From: Candidatus Bathyarchaeota archaeon
Lineage (GTDB): Archaea > Thermoproteota > Bathyarchaeia > Bathyarchaeales > Bathycorpusculaceae
NCBI GenBank assembly: GCA_963775895.1
Contig: CAVZKL010000028.1
Location: 11,897-75,896 of the forward strand
Length of the DNA stretch: 64,000 nt
Direction: 5' to 3'
Made by a program: the position numbers and the translations under genes
Shown here: in pieces, positions 51,196-61,594 of the stretch
Position numbering within the stretch: the first letter of the stretch is position 1
How the letters are laid out: the number at the start of each line of letters is the position of its first letter
The notes under the pieces: generated by a model
Told to the model about the DNA's origin: nothing
The model's database searches: none
What the model saw: only the letters and a program-made list of their open reading frames with translations

Positions 51196-53148
51196 TCACG
51201 TTTGCCCCGGCAAACTCTGTAAAGACACTATTATGGATTTTAGATAGACGTCAGCGGACGTCGTGGGGTTCACTACAGAAAATGTTACCTCAGTGCTTGA
51301 TGAAGTGACGTTCATCGTCAGATTGTAGTTTTGGACAGAAGGAGTACCGTTGCTGTTTGCTCCGTACAAATCCTTTGATGCAAGAACCGAATCGCCCTGA
51401 GTCAATTGGGCCGTGCATCCGGGTTTTGCGCCGAGATATGGAAGGTTCATCTGATACGTCACTTGGTAGATTCCTCTGGGGAAAACACTGCTGAAAAGAA
51501 CGGTGCCAGTGTATATGTGGACGTCGTATTTTAGCGTCATGATGAAGGGTTCATACAGCGTAAGCTCTCCGTGGTAGTTGTGTCGGTAGACAAAGATGCC
51601 GTCAGAACAAGCATACAGACCGTATTCGGTGGAGAGTCTTTCCAGATTCCCGAAGCCGTAAAGGAAAGTCTGTCTTTGCGCATCCGTGCGTATGTCAGGG
51701 TTGATGTCGAAGATTATGAAGTCAGGTTTAAGATCGAATAGTGACTGAACGTATTCAGCGTAGTATGACTTGTTGAACGCAGCGAAAAGTGGCGGAACCA
51801 CGTATGATTTCAGGCTCGTCGAAACATGTGGGAATAGATCATATTGCGTCAGGATGGACGCATTTGGGAAATCCCTCTGAATTTGCGTTAGCAGGACGTT
51901 GAGTTTTTGATCATGCGGAGTAAACACAACCTGCAGACTTGTGGGTAGACTCTGAACAGTCAGAACCAGAGACACCAAGACACATGCCAAGAACAGTCTT
52001 CTGAACAGCTTGCCCGTCCTTCGCGGGTCTGCTTTGAGAAGGGATTGGATTCTTCCAAAGCCTTTGATCGCCGCAAGTATGACGAATGGGGTTATCAGAG
52101 CTGAGTATTGAAAGCCAATTTGATAATACGGAGGGTAGTTTGACAGAAAAGCCAACACGATCCACAGTAAAGCAGGTAACATTCCGATCATTTGGAATAA
52201 AGACAAAAACCCGAGAGGAGCAAACACGGTGAATAGATAGAAGAGTTTGGACTGAAAATCATAAGTTACAGCTTGTACCAAGTTGATCTGTGCAGCGTGG
52301 AACCATGACAAAGGATCCATGGGAGCAAAACCGAGAATTGACCAAGGAGAACCCTCCGCGAAACCTTGAGGCGGAGTGGGGTTGAAGACTCTTATGATCT
52401 GGTTTGCCATGAGAAACCAACACGCTGCAACGGCTATCGTTCCCAACGCCATGAGCAACTTTCTGGAAGGGCGATTCCTCGACCGAAGCACATCGGCAAT
52501 CTCGTGCCTCTGGACCAGCAATTCGCCAACTCCGAACGTTGCGAAGATTACGGCCATGAGCTCCTTCGTTGACAACCCCAACAGCATGAAAACGAAGTAC
52601 TGTTTCCAGCTTCCCTTCAAAAAGAAATACAACGCAAATAGGGTGAAGGGGACAAATAGGGCATCAGGATGAAAATCGAAGATGTTGATGCCGTAGACGT
52701 GTGGATAGACGAGATATAGAAGCGAAAAGTAGTAGCCTAGTTTTCGGTCTTTGAGTACGTGTTCTGTGATCAGGAAGACTGGGTAAGCGCCGGCCCCAAG
52801 CGCCACTGATTGAATTACGAGCAGAGTTGCTGGACCCTGCAAAATCGCGTAAAATGGAAGGACCACGAAAAGTATTGGACTGAAATGTACTCCGAAAACC
52901 GAACCTCCTGGGTTTGCGTAGAGCTCTGCGGTGTAGTAAAACAGGCGTCCAGACAACGTGCTGTGAAGTGCTTGGTCAAAAATTCCCAGGTCCCAAGCCG
53001 AAGTTTGAAATGAGTAATGTCTGATCAAAGCTGCAGTACTTAGCACGATCACGTATCCTAGAACCATTGCGGTAACGAGCCAGTTTTGGACCAGCCACCG
53101 GTGAAGAAAGGCTTTCAGTTTTGACCATGATTCTTTGATCGCGTTCAT
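51196..53148 (-). CDS. DUF2079 family membrane protein (putative GT-C fold glycosyltransferase)
   Basis: AWDLGIFDQ, GVHFSPIL, FDFHP, KE, QYSA; many TM helices. Confidence 0.85.
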   Translation of the reverse strand: MNAIKESWSKLKAFLHRWLVQNWLVTAMVLGYVIVLSTAALIRHYSFQTSAWDLGIFDQALHSTLSGRLFYYTAELYANPGGSVFGVHFSPILFVVLPFYAILQGPATLLVIQSVALGAGAYPVFLITEHVLKDRKLGYYFSLLYLVYPHVYGINIFDFHPDALFVPFTLFALYFFLKGSWKQYFVFMLLGLSTKELMAVIFATFGVGELLVQRHEIADVLRSRNRPSRKLLMALGTIAVAACWFLMANQIIRVFNPTPPQGFAEGSPWSILGFAPMDPLSWFHAAQINLVQAVTYDFQSKLFYLFTVFAPLGFLSLFQMIGMLPALLWIVLAFLSNYPPYYQIGFQYSALITPFVILAAIKGFGRIQSLLKADPRRTGKLFRRLFLACVLVSLVLTVQSLPTSLQVVFTPHDQKLNVLLTQIQRDFPNASILTQYDLFPHVSTSLKSYVVPPLFAAFNKSYYAEYVQSLFDLKPDFIIFDINPDIRTDAQRQTFLYGFGNLERLSTEYGLYACSDGIFVYRHNYHGELTLYEPFIMTLKYDVHIYTGTVLFSSVFPRGIYQVTYQMNLPYLGAKPGCTAQLTQGDSVLASKDLYGANSNGTPSVQNYNLTMNVTSSSTEVTFSVVNPTTSADVYLKSIIVSLQSLPGQT

Positions 53149-53229
53149 TCCCGATCACTTTGGCAGGTAGTGAGTATCGATAATGAGGGGGTTCTGAAGG
53201 TGTTGAAGCAAATTCCGGTTTGTGAGGAT

Positions 53230-53973
53230 TTAGTATTTTCGGTTGAAGTTAAGAATGTAGGTGAGAAAGTCTCTGATCTCATTCATCGTCAGTTTGGATT
53301 TGCCCTTTTTCCTGTTGACGAACACTATTGGCACGTCCTTGATTTTGTAGCCTCTTAGGTTCGCTTGCCTTATGGTTTCGATCTGGATCTCGTAAGTTTG
53401 GCTGTGAAGATCGCTTACAATTCCTCTTACCAGTCTCGTGGAATAGCATCGCATTCCGCTGGTGTAGTCGGATATTCTTGCCTCTATTCGAAAGCGGGTG
53501 ACGAGGTTTGCCACTTTGCTTATCAGGAAGCGACCTACGCCCCAGCCTACTGCTCCGCCTCCTGGGCAGTATCTGCTTCCCACGACCAAGTCAGCTCCTT
53601 CTTTTGCGGCGATGATTAGCTTGGGAATCTCTTTGGGGTTGTGTGAATAGTCGGCGTCCATCGTGACTATGTACTTGGGTGGGTTTTTCATTGAAAGAAA
53701 TGCTCTGAACCCGTCGGTGATTGCTGTTCCGAGTCCCAGTTTCTTGTCTCGAACAAGAAGTAGAACGTTCTTGTACTTCTCTTGAAGTTTCCTCACGATG
53801 TTGGCGGTGCCGTCTGGGCTTGAATCGTCGATGACCAATATTGACCTGTCCAGGTTGGAGTCTTCCAGTTCTTGGATTAGCTTTTCGACGTTGCCCGCTT
53901 CACAGTACGTGGGAAGAATGATCCCGATTTCAGAATGAATGTTGAGGTTGCCTTCTATGCGCGAAGACTGCAT
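53230..53973 (-). CDS. Polyprenol/dolichol monophosphomannose synthase (DPM1-like GT2)
   Basis: PTYCE, DDSSPDGT, GLGTA, MDADYSHNP, GSRY, D.TSG.R, F.NR..G.SKL. Confidence 0.9.
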   Translation of the reverse strand: MQSSRIEGNLNIHSEIGIILPTYCEAGNVEKLIQELEDSNLDRSILVIDDSSPDGTANIVRKLQEKYKNVLLLVRDKKLGLGTAITDGFRAFLSMKNPPKYIVTMDADYSHNPKEIPKLIIAAKEGADLVVGSRYCPGGGAVGWGVGRFLISKVANLVTRFRIEARISDYTSGMRCYSTRLVRGIVSDLHSQTYEIQIETIRQANLRGYKIKDVPIVFVNRKKGKSKLTMNEIRDFLTYILNFNRKY

Positions 53974-54050
53974 TAGGTTTCTTCCTTTTTCAGAGTCACG
54001 TTCAGTTTAGCGTACTGGATATATAAGGTATACTGAACATTAAACGGTTT

Positions 54051-55091
54051 TCAGCGGTTCTTTCCTTCGCCCTTCAGTCTGATTCTGTAGTAACCCAGAG
54101 GGTGTCGTACTCTTCTGCACAGTTCGTCTGGGTTGGTGCACACTCCGTGTGTTTTTAGGGTGTCGCATTTCGGAGGGATGTACCTTGTTCTTGAACCTGT
54201 CTCGCCGGCGATGTGTTCGACTTGGTAGCGGGTCATTTTTTCGTTGAAATCTGAGATGCTCTTGAAAAGTTCGATGACGTTGTCTGCGGGCATTCCGATG
54301 TTTATGAGGAATGATGTCAAGGCGAATCTTCCGATGTGGGAGATGTGTCGTCCAGACGAAAATGCAAGGTACAGGGCACTTATGCACGGGGGAAAGGCTG
54401 ATTGCACCATGACCTGGGGCACTTCTTCAATCTCGGTCTTGCCGATCTTTTCGGCGGATAGTTTCTTTATTTTTTCTGCGATCTCAACTATTTTCTTTGG
54501 AAAGCCGGGGACGTCGTCCACGTCGAGTCTTTTCTCGATGTTTCTGCGCACCTCTTCACTGAGCAATCTCGCGGTTTCATTTCGTGACAGGAAGACTGTG
54601 CCTGCGGTCAGGATGCGGTTTACGAGTTTCCATTTTTTGTCACGGAGATGAGTCGCATTTCTCAGGTAGTCTGTGAAGTTCGTTGAGAATTCATAGCCTG
54701 GATGGATGTGCTGGTTGATGTTCAATTTCCATCCGAGGTTCCCTGCGATTTCGAGTATGCGTTGAGGGTTCTCATCTTTCAGGTCTTCGTATGTTCGTTT
54801 GGCTTCTGCGAGGGCGTATCTTTTTTTGATGAAGGAGTTTCCGGTTGCGATTGTGAGCATTATGGCGGCGGGGAATGATAGGATTTCGATTTCTTCGTTG
54901 CGTGTTTTTCTGTCAACGATGGTGTACAGGATGGCGTTTTCGACTCTTTCTTCAGCGCGTTCGAGGGCTGATGCGAGCTCTGGGGTGGCGAGATCCTCGA
55001 TTCTGAGGTTGAGTTTCTTTATGTAGTCTGTGTTTTCCTTGAGAAACGGGTATTTGGCCATGTCGTTTTTGGTGAATCTTGCAGGGGTCAT
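54051..55091 (-). CDS. priL: DNA primase large subunit
   Basis: AKYPFL, FPPCI, H.GRF, DFNEKMTRYQVEHIAG, PPKCDTL..GVC..C..HPL.YY Fe-S domain. Confidence 0.95.
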   Translation of the reverse strand: MTPARFTKNDMAKYPFLKENTDYIKKLNLRIEDLATPELASALERAEERVENAILYTIVDRKTRNEEIEILSFPAAIMLTIATGNSFIKKRYALAEAKRTYEDLKDENPQRILEIAGNLGWKLNINQHIHPGYEFSTNFTDYLRNATHLRDKKWKLVNRILTAGTVFLSRNETARLLSEEVRRNIEKRLDVDDVPGFPKKIVEIAEKIKKLSAEKIGKTEIEEVPQVMVQSAFPPCISALYLAFSSGRHISHIGRFALTSFLINIGMPADNVIELFKSISDFNEKMTRYQVEHIAGETGSRTRYIPPKCDTLKTHGVCTNPDELCRRVRHPLGYYRIRLKGEGKNR

Positions 55092-55110
55092 TCGGATTTC
55101 TTTCGTTGTG

Positions 55111-55866
55111 TTACTCTGTTTCTATTCTGGGCGCGAGATAGAACGTTAGTTTTCCTTCTTTTGGTTGCTGAAAGTCCAGTCTGATTGGCATGTCGGATGA
55201 GAATTCGAGTGTGCAGATGTCGGATGTTGCGGAGGCGGCTTTGATTATTTCTGTCAAGTAGCTGAGGCTGAAGGTTGCTTTCTGATGTTCTTTGGCCTCC
55301 AAGTCTAAGAGGGCGTCACTTCCTTTCTGCAACGTGATTACGGCGCCCATGAGGTCGCCCGAAGCGTTGAAAACTAGTTTATCGGGATCGGCCTCTATTC
55401 TTACGTGATCGCTGACGAGTTGTGCGTCCTCGATTGCTTGACTCAGGCCGTCGGTTGTTGCTTTCGCTTTGACGTTGAAAGTGATCTTCGGCGTGGGCAC
55501 TTCTTCTTCTGAAGCTTCGAGGGTTGGCATCGTGAAGTTTCGCGCGTATCTGCCGGCCATGGCGACTTGAAGTTTTCCGGTTTTCTCGTCTAATGAGAGC
55601 TCAACTGTTTCGTCCTTGCCGGTTCGTTTGAGGAGTTTGAGCAGTTCTGTGATGTTTATGCACATTTTTGCTGGTTCGGTGCAGACGTATTCTTCGAAGA
55701 TTGTTTTTGGCCATTCGAAGTCGATCATCGCCACGCGGGAGGGATCCATTGCTCGAAGTCTGAGGGCGTCTGGTTCGATCTTGAATGTTGCTTCGTCAAC
55801 GAGGATTGAGATGGAGGTGATCAGGTCTTTTAGGAGTTTGGCGTCAGCGATTTTGAGTTTGAACAT
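55111..55866 (-). CDS. pcn: PCNA sliding clamp
   Basis: MFKL start at 55866; LRAMDPSRVAM, FSLSYL, FYLAPR. Confidence 0.96.
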   Translation of the reverse strand: MFKLKIADAKLLKDLITSISILVDEATFKIEPDALRLRAMDPSRVAMIDFEWPKTIFEEYVCTEPAKMCINITELLKLLKRTGKDETVELSLDEKTGKLQVAMAGRYARNFTMPTLEASEEEVPTPKITFNVKAKATTDGLSQAIEDAQLVSDHVRIEADPDKLVFNASGDLMGAVITLQKGSDALLDLEAKEHQKATFSLSYLTEIIKAASATSDICTLEFSSDMPIRLDFQQPKEGKLTFYLAPRIETE

Positions 55867-56225
55867 TGGAGTCACCTTTCTACAGGATATTGCGGGTCGG
55901 GCATAAAAGAGTTTAGCACTTAAAGACGGCTTGTTGAAGTGAAGGTTTCTGGGTTGAAAATGACCCATTTTTGGCTTTAAGAAAAACATTGCGGCTTTGT
56001 TGAGGCTTGAAATGGTGGAGTTTGAACTTCGGAGCGTGGGCTGCAAGCTCGGCGTTCGGTGGCATGTGGCTCGGCTGTTTGCGGTTTTTATTCGCTGAAA
56101 AAAAGCTTATTGTGTACCTCCCCTCCTCGGTTTCAATGTATCGTGAATATTAGGATCCAAATATGACCCTTGCATGTCAGGTGAAGCGGAGAGACGTGAT
56201 TTCACTGGAAAGGAAAAAGGGTGTT

Positions 56226-56714
56226 CTACCGAGATTTTGCCAATTGTTGTTCTCTTTTCTCTGCTTCGTTGAAGAGGTAATCAAACCATTCAAATATCCC
56301 GGGAATACCGTACTCTTTTCTCAGACCTTCTGCGATGGGCTTCACTTTTTTCCAGCTCATACCTACGTCCCAGAAGTTCAGAACTAGGTCAATGTCTACG
56401 ATCTTGCTGTGCACGGCTATACCTATCCCTTCAAAGAACCTTGCAGTCATGGCGAGCGCGATGGGAACTGGGTTCTCGGAAAACGGATGACCGTATTTCT
56501 TCACGAAGTCATTAAAATCCCGGTATTCTGCACTCTCCAGCTTCGACCATGCCTTGACATTTTCCTCGCCGCATGACTGTTGCCATAACCTCATCACGAG
56601 ATCCGTTTGCCTTTGCGTGTGGAGATGTCTGAGTTCCTGAACGGTCAGGATTAATCCTGCGATCACACCTGCTGCTGCGACGATTGCAGAGATTGAGGTT
56701 GCATCCAACTCCAT
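56226..56714 (-). CDS. DUF4760-like protein with N-terminal TM helix
   Basis: TM helix, RQTDLVMRL, FFEGIG..V...VD, FEWFDYL. Confidence 0.65.
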   Translation of the reverse strand: MELDATSISAIVAAAGVIAGLILTVQELRHLHTQRQTDLVMRLWQQSCGEENVKAWSKLESAEYRDFNDFVKKYGHPFSENPVPIALAMTARFFEGIGIAVHSKIVDIDLVLNFWDVGMSWKKVKPIAEGLRKEYGIPGIFEWFDYLFNEAEKREQQLAKSR

Positions 56715-56860
56715 GCTTGTCACGTGAAAGACTAGGATAGGCAAACTAGGTCTTAAGACTTGGTCATCCGTGGCGCGTGAATTGTGAAGAAAAAACCAAG
56801 CATGAACGTATCACGCGAAACCCTTTCATACATCAAATCGATATCTTGAACTGATGGGCT

Positions 56861-59800
56861 ATGAATTCGACGTCTGACACGCGTGCGTTTCTGGCAAAAG
56901 CCGAGGAACATGAAAAGGCGTATGAATGGACTGAAGCTGCACGATGTTATGAACAAGTCGTGGTTTCTTCAGCGAAAACATCATTCATCAACGACTTGTG
57001 GGAGAAAATCGGGTTCTGCTACGCCTACGCTTCCAGACAAGCAAAGAACACGGCAGATTTCTTGAAACTGCGACAATCGGCGGTAGAAGCGTACCACCGT
57101 TCAGCAAAGAATGTGGATACTGAAGAAACGCTTGAAGGTCAGGCGAAAAGAGCTCAACGTAACGCTGCCGCTGCCTTCGTCGGTTCGTGGTTGGCCCCTA
57201 CGCCACAGGAAAAAAGAGCCAAGCTTGACGAATCCCTAAGACTCGGGAAAGAGAGTCTGGAAAGGTACAAGACAGCAGCGGATAAGTTGAACTACGGAAA
57301 AGTGTGCAACGATTTGCTGTTTTGTTTTTTTGAAAGACTATGCGTCGCATCTGACTGGAAAGAATTAAAAAACATAGCCCAAGAGGGCGTCAATTATGGT
57401 CTTGACGCAATTGAGGTCTTATCAAAACTTGGAGATGAGAACGAGCTGCTCAGCGCATATTTCATGGCTAGCCTCTTGAACTGGTACACAGCGAACTTCA
57501 GCGAACAAGAAGAGCAAGCACGCAAAGAACTCTCACAAAGGAGCCTAAGCTATTCAGAGAAAGCCCTTGAACTGTCGAAGCAGGTGGACAGTCCTTACTT
57601 GATTGCTATGGCTAATTGGGCAGCAGCTTTTGCTACCCTAATCTTCACGGAGAAGATCGAAGATGCCATGAGATACGCCGAAGAGATGTTGAAACAGGGG
57701 ACTGCTGCAAGAGACAACTATCTGAAAGGAGTTGCTTGTTACGTCCTCGCCTTCGTGAAAGACGCGAAGATGATGAGGGAAGAAGACCCCGAGCAAAAGA
57801 AGGCAGGATACAAGAAGATCATTGAGTATTCAGAGAACGCGATAAATTGCCTCCAACTGGTTTATCAAGACTTCTTCATAGCAGAAACCTATCTGTTCTA
57901 CGTTGAAAGCTATTCTGCCCTAGGATCTGACGTTGACGTCAGTCTAGAAGAAAGAAGAAGGATTTTGAGAAAAGCTGTGGAAGCGGGACGGAAAGGACTG
58001 GAGCACGCGAAGCGCTCAGGCTCTAACGACGCATTAGGCTCCACTCTCCATGCCCTCAGCAAGGCACTGCATTTCTACTCCAATCTCGAAGTCGACAAGG
58101 ATGAAAAGAAAAAACTGCTTGAAGAAGCCCTCCTGTACAGAAATGAAATTGTTGATCTCATAGAAAAAACGTTTCCATCAAATGATTGGCTAACCGGAGT
58201 AAACAAAAACTACCTAGGGCTCATAAAGCTGGACCTCTTCAAGGTAGAAACCGAGAGTGAACAGAAAAAAGTCTTGCTCAGAGACGCCGCTGATGACATA
58301 GAGAACAGTGTTTCGCATTGCAAGAGATGGATTCTGTCTCGCCCCGTACCGACAAACATAGCGGCTGTAGCAGCCTATGAAGACTCCCTTGGAAGAATTT
58401 TGGACGAGCTTTTTCTGTTGAATAAAGATGCGAAACTTCTACAGAAAGCAATTGAGGCGTACGAAGACGCCGCCAAACTATCAAAAAAGATAACTCTGCC
58501 AAGCCGTGCCGCCGAGTATTATTGGAAAGTGGCTATCGATCAAGATCGTCTCGGTCAACACATCAAAGCGGCAGAACACTTTGGAAATGCCTTCGTCGAG
58601 TACAAAGAGGCGTCTCAAAAGATTCCTCATTTCGCAGAATTCTATCTTGATTATGCGAGTTACATGAACGCGTGGGGCGAGATTGAAAGAGCTAAATTCG
58701 AGCACGAGCACGAAAACTATGCTGACGCATCAAAACACTACGAAAAAGTAGCGGCCATCCTTGAACCCTCAAAGCTATGGAGTCACCTGTCTTCGAACTT
58801 CCTAGCATGGTCACTTCTCGAAAGGGGAGAAGATTTGAGCAGAAAAGAGAACTACACTGAGTCAATCGAAGCCTTCAACAAATCGGCAGACCTCTTCAAG
58901 GAAGCTCGAGGCAATCTTGAGCAAGAGACAAACAAAATCGGAAGTTCAGACGAAAGAGAAAAAACAAATGAACTCTGTAAAGCATCCCTTCAAAGAAAAG
59001 ACTACTGCATTGCAAGAACAAATGTGGAGGAGGCGAATATTGCTGACAGAGATGGTAACCACTCTGAAAGTGCCCAGAAGTATGAATCAGCGGCCATCAT
59101 ACTCGAGGCGATGCTGGATAAGGAACCAGATGAGAAGGATGTGCGACAAATCGCCTACATGTGCCGCGCTTGGCAGAAAATGAAGACAGCCGACACAAAG
59201 CTCTCGCCAGAACTCTACTGTGAAGCTTCCGAGTTATTCCTAAAGGCTAAAGAGCAGTGCACGAAAGACAAGATGGCATTGCTGGCTTCTGGCAACGCAG
59301 CCATTTGCAAAGCGTTGGAATATGGTACCACGTTTGAAGCAACAAGGGAAAGAAGCGACTTCCTAAGAGCGAAGCAGTGCCTTGAAAACGCCACGAACTG
59401 CTATCTCAAGGCTGGATTTGACAGCGCTTCCTCATGGACGAGCGCCACCGAAATGCTGTTCGACACAAGCAACTACATGACTGAGGCAGAAGCAGAAGTC
59501 AACGCCAACGCGAAGATGAAAGCCTATCTACTCGCAGAAAAGTGTTTAGAAAGATCAGCCGATCTTTTCGAAAAAGCCCGTTACGTTGGTCGAAAAGATG
59601 AAGTCCTAAGAATTCTGACGAAGTTGAGGGAAAAACACGAGTTTGCACTTTCGCTAGGAGACCTGTTAGTCGTTCCCTCTGAAGTGTCCAGCACTCGCAC
59701 AATGTCGACGCCCAGAATGAGCGTGGAGGAACCGATTAGGGCTCGTAAAATTCGAACGGGCATTCGTTCAAGCAAACATTGTGGCTCAGCAAAAAGAACT

Positions 59801-60152
59801 CGTCGTTGGCGAAACCCTCAGCTTGGAAATCCAGCTAGCCAACCTAGGCAAGGAAACAGCATTCTTAATTGGCATCGAACGATTGATCCCCGAAGGATTC
59901 GACTTAGTCGAAAAACCCGAGAAATCCGTGGTCAACGACTCGGGCCTTAGCCTCAAAGGAAGAAGATTTGCACCACTTGAAACAGCAGAAATGAGACTGA
60001 CACTAAAATCCAAGAAAAAAGGAAAATTCACGTTCACCCCCAGAATCAGATACATAGATGAAACTGGCGAACACAAATCCTGTGAGCTTGAACAGATTTC
60101 CATTACCGTGAAAGAACTCGGAATCCGAGGCTGGCTAAAAGGCCAAGCCTAG
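56861..60152 (+). CDS. Large (~1095 aa) TPR-like helical-repeat protein with C-terminal Ig-like (CARDB/BatD-like) domain; one indel ~59738
   Basis: Ala/Tyr/Glu/Lys helical repeats; alternate frame GLVKFERAFVQANI joins ORF 59781..60152 (LANLGK..IPEGF..G.FTFTPRI.Y.D). Confidence 0.75.
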
Positions 60153-60216
60153 ATAGCACGATTGAAGCGCGCGCTGTGCCAGATTTAAGACTTCTTGAGA
60201 GGTGAAATAACATAAG

Positions 60217-60526
60217 ATGGTTGAACTTTAGTAACTGTGGGTTAAATCTCTTGAAGGATTCACATCAGGTTCTTGTCGTAGCGAGTGTTATTATCGTGAT
60301 TTGGTATCGTCTTGATTGGCTTCTACAAAGCAAGCATCAATAGGTTGCTTCTGCATATAACCCATTTCTTAGTGCGCAGGCTTTTTTTACTATGGGGTTC
60401 TTTTTTTTGGGTTTTAGTTTCGGAGTGCTGGGAGCAATCGGTTACATAGTTAGGCTAGAGAATGAAAATACCTCAAACTCCACCGTCGCCTTAGTTTTAA
60501 TCACAAAGCGGTACGGAAAATTGTAG
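60217..60526 (+). pseudogene. Possible small membrane protein gene broken by T-run indels
   Basis: GAGGTGA upstream of ATG 60217; hydrophobic pieces (VLVVASVIIV, GIVLIGF, LGFSFGVLGAIGYIV) lie in shifting frames at T-runs. Confidence 0.35.
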
Positions 60527-60543
60527 AATAGAGCACTGTAAAC

Positions 60544-60738
60544 ATGAGTGCTGGTACGGCTCTGAGACTTGCTGCCTGGGGAATTTGCGTAGCCATTGCC
60601 TTACAAGTCATTTTCTATTTTGTCTTTCAGACAATCGGCTATAATTCATTCTTGCTGAGCTTAACCCTGCTGATATCCTTTGTAGTGGCTCTGCTCATTT
60701 TCGTTGGTTGGAAAACTCTGAAAAGAGCAATCAGATAA
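60544..60738 (+). CDS. Small two-TM membrane protein
   Basis: 64 aa with two hydrophobic helices and a basic tail. Confidence 0.55.
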   Translation: MSAGTALRLAAWGICVAIALQVIFYFVFQTIGYNSFLLSLTLLISFVVALLIFVGWKTLKRAIR

Positions 60739-60955
60739 CCATCTTGATGACGTTCGCACATTTCCGTTTACTAAACGGCACAACAAAGCATGACGACGCG
60801 CGCTTCATTCTACTGAGCATTGTTTACGGTTTCGCTCGTGTAGGGTAGCATGGTGTCATGCCTTGGCCTTTTCAGGATTCTGTTTTTCTGCGTTACATTT
60901 GCACATGAACGTATACCAAGTCTGCACGGACTACACAGTGTTCGTGGAATCGTGC

Positions 60956-61414
60956 TTGGAAAGGAATGAGAAAGTCGTCTTCGGAATCGTGTTGCTGCTT
61001 GCCTTGTGCGCTCTGGCAAGCGGAATCTTTGGAACTGCTTTATCGTTGCTTCAGACAAGTAAAACCATCTCTAACGCAGGATCAGTAAAGGGCATTGGGG
61101 TGGGAATCTATTGGGATTTAGCGTGTACAAACCAGACGTCTTCGGTCAATTGGGGACTCTTGGACCCGGGTTCAAACAAAACGGTGGGGATCTACGTTAG
61201 AAATGAAGGAAACTCCATCATTGTGCTCTCTAAGAGTGTTCAAAACTGGAATCCGTCAAGCGTCCAAAGTTACGTGTCCTTGAATTGGAATTACGTCAAT
61301 CAAACTTTGAACGTGAATCAGGTGCTCCAAGTAAGTCTGACGCTGGTTGTCTCATCAACGGTTTCAGGAATAACAAACTTTAGCTTTGACGTGACGATAA
61401 GCGCAACAGGTTAG
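60956..61414 (+). CDS. Exported beta-rich hypothetical protein, paralog 1 (TasA-like pattern)
   Basis: Signal-like N-terminus; GSVKGIGVGIY..C..VNWG.L.PG..YVRNEGN..WNP..L.WNY. Start TTG 60956 is inferred. Confidence 0.75.
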   Translation: MERNEKVVFGIVLLLALCALASGIFGTALSLLQTSKTISNAGSVKGIGVGIYWDLACTNQTSSVNWGLLDPGSNKTVGIYVRNEGNSIIVLSKSVQNWNPSSVQSYVSLNWNYVNQTLNVNQVLQVSLTLVVSSTVSGITNFSFDVTISATG

Positions 61415-61427
61415 CAAAGCACCTCCC

Positions 61428-61450
61428 ACTTTTTTTGTCAAAAAAAAGGA
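61428..61450. terminator. T-tract/A-tract, possibly bidirectional terminator
   Basis: CTTTTTTTGTCAAAAAAAAGG after the 61414 stop. Confidence 0.45.
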
Positions 61451-61594
61451 AACGTCAGCGCGCAGTCCTAACTGATCCTCATCGGCACATTTGTCGATCA
61501 TGTTCTTCTGGAAAACGTTTGCACACTAATGCTTACTAACAGCGTGCGCGACATTTGCGTTTGAACGCGCGCGAAAGCAATAACGCGAAATTGA

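Noticed and set aside
55867-56046. 60-aa N-terminal extension on PCNA in the ORF track
   Set aside because: An artefact of an upstream alternative start; the typical MFK start is at 55866 with promoter-like sequence upstream.
56117-56223. ORB-like TTTCACTGGAAAGGAAAAAGGG near pcn, suggesting a replication origin
   Set aside because: Single imperfect match that is also the complement of a T-rich terminator for the DUF4760 gene; no orc1/cdc6 gene in the window.
56801-60914. Shared 11-mer CATGAACGTAT upstream of the TPR gene (56801) and exported paralog 1 (60904)
   Set aside because: One shared 11-mer is plausible by chance across this much intergenic DNA, and it lacks the tandem arrangement of the glutamate-module motif.
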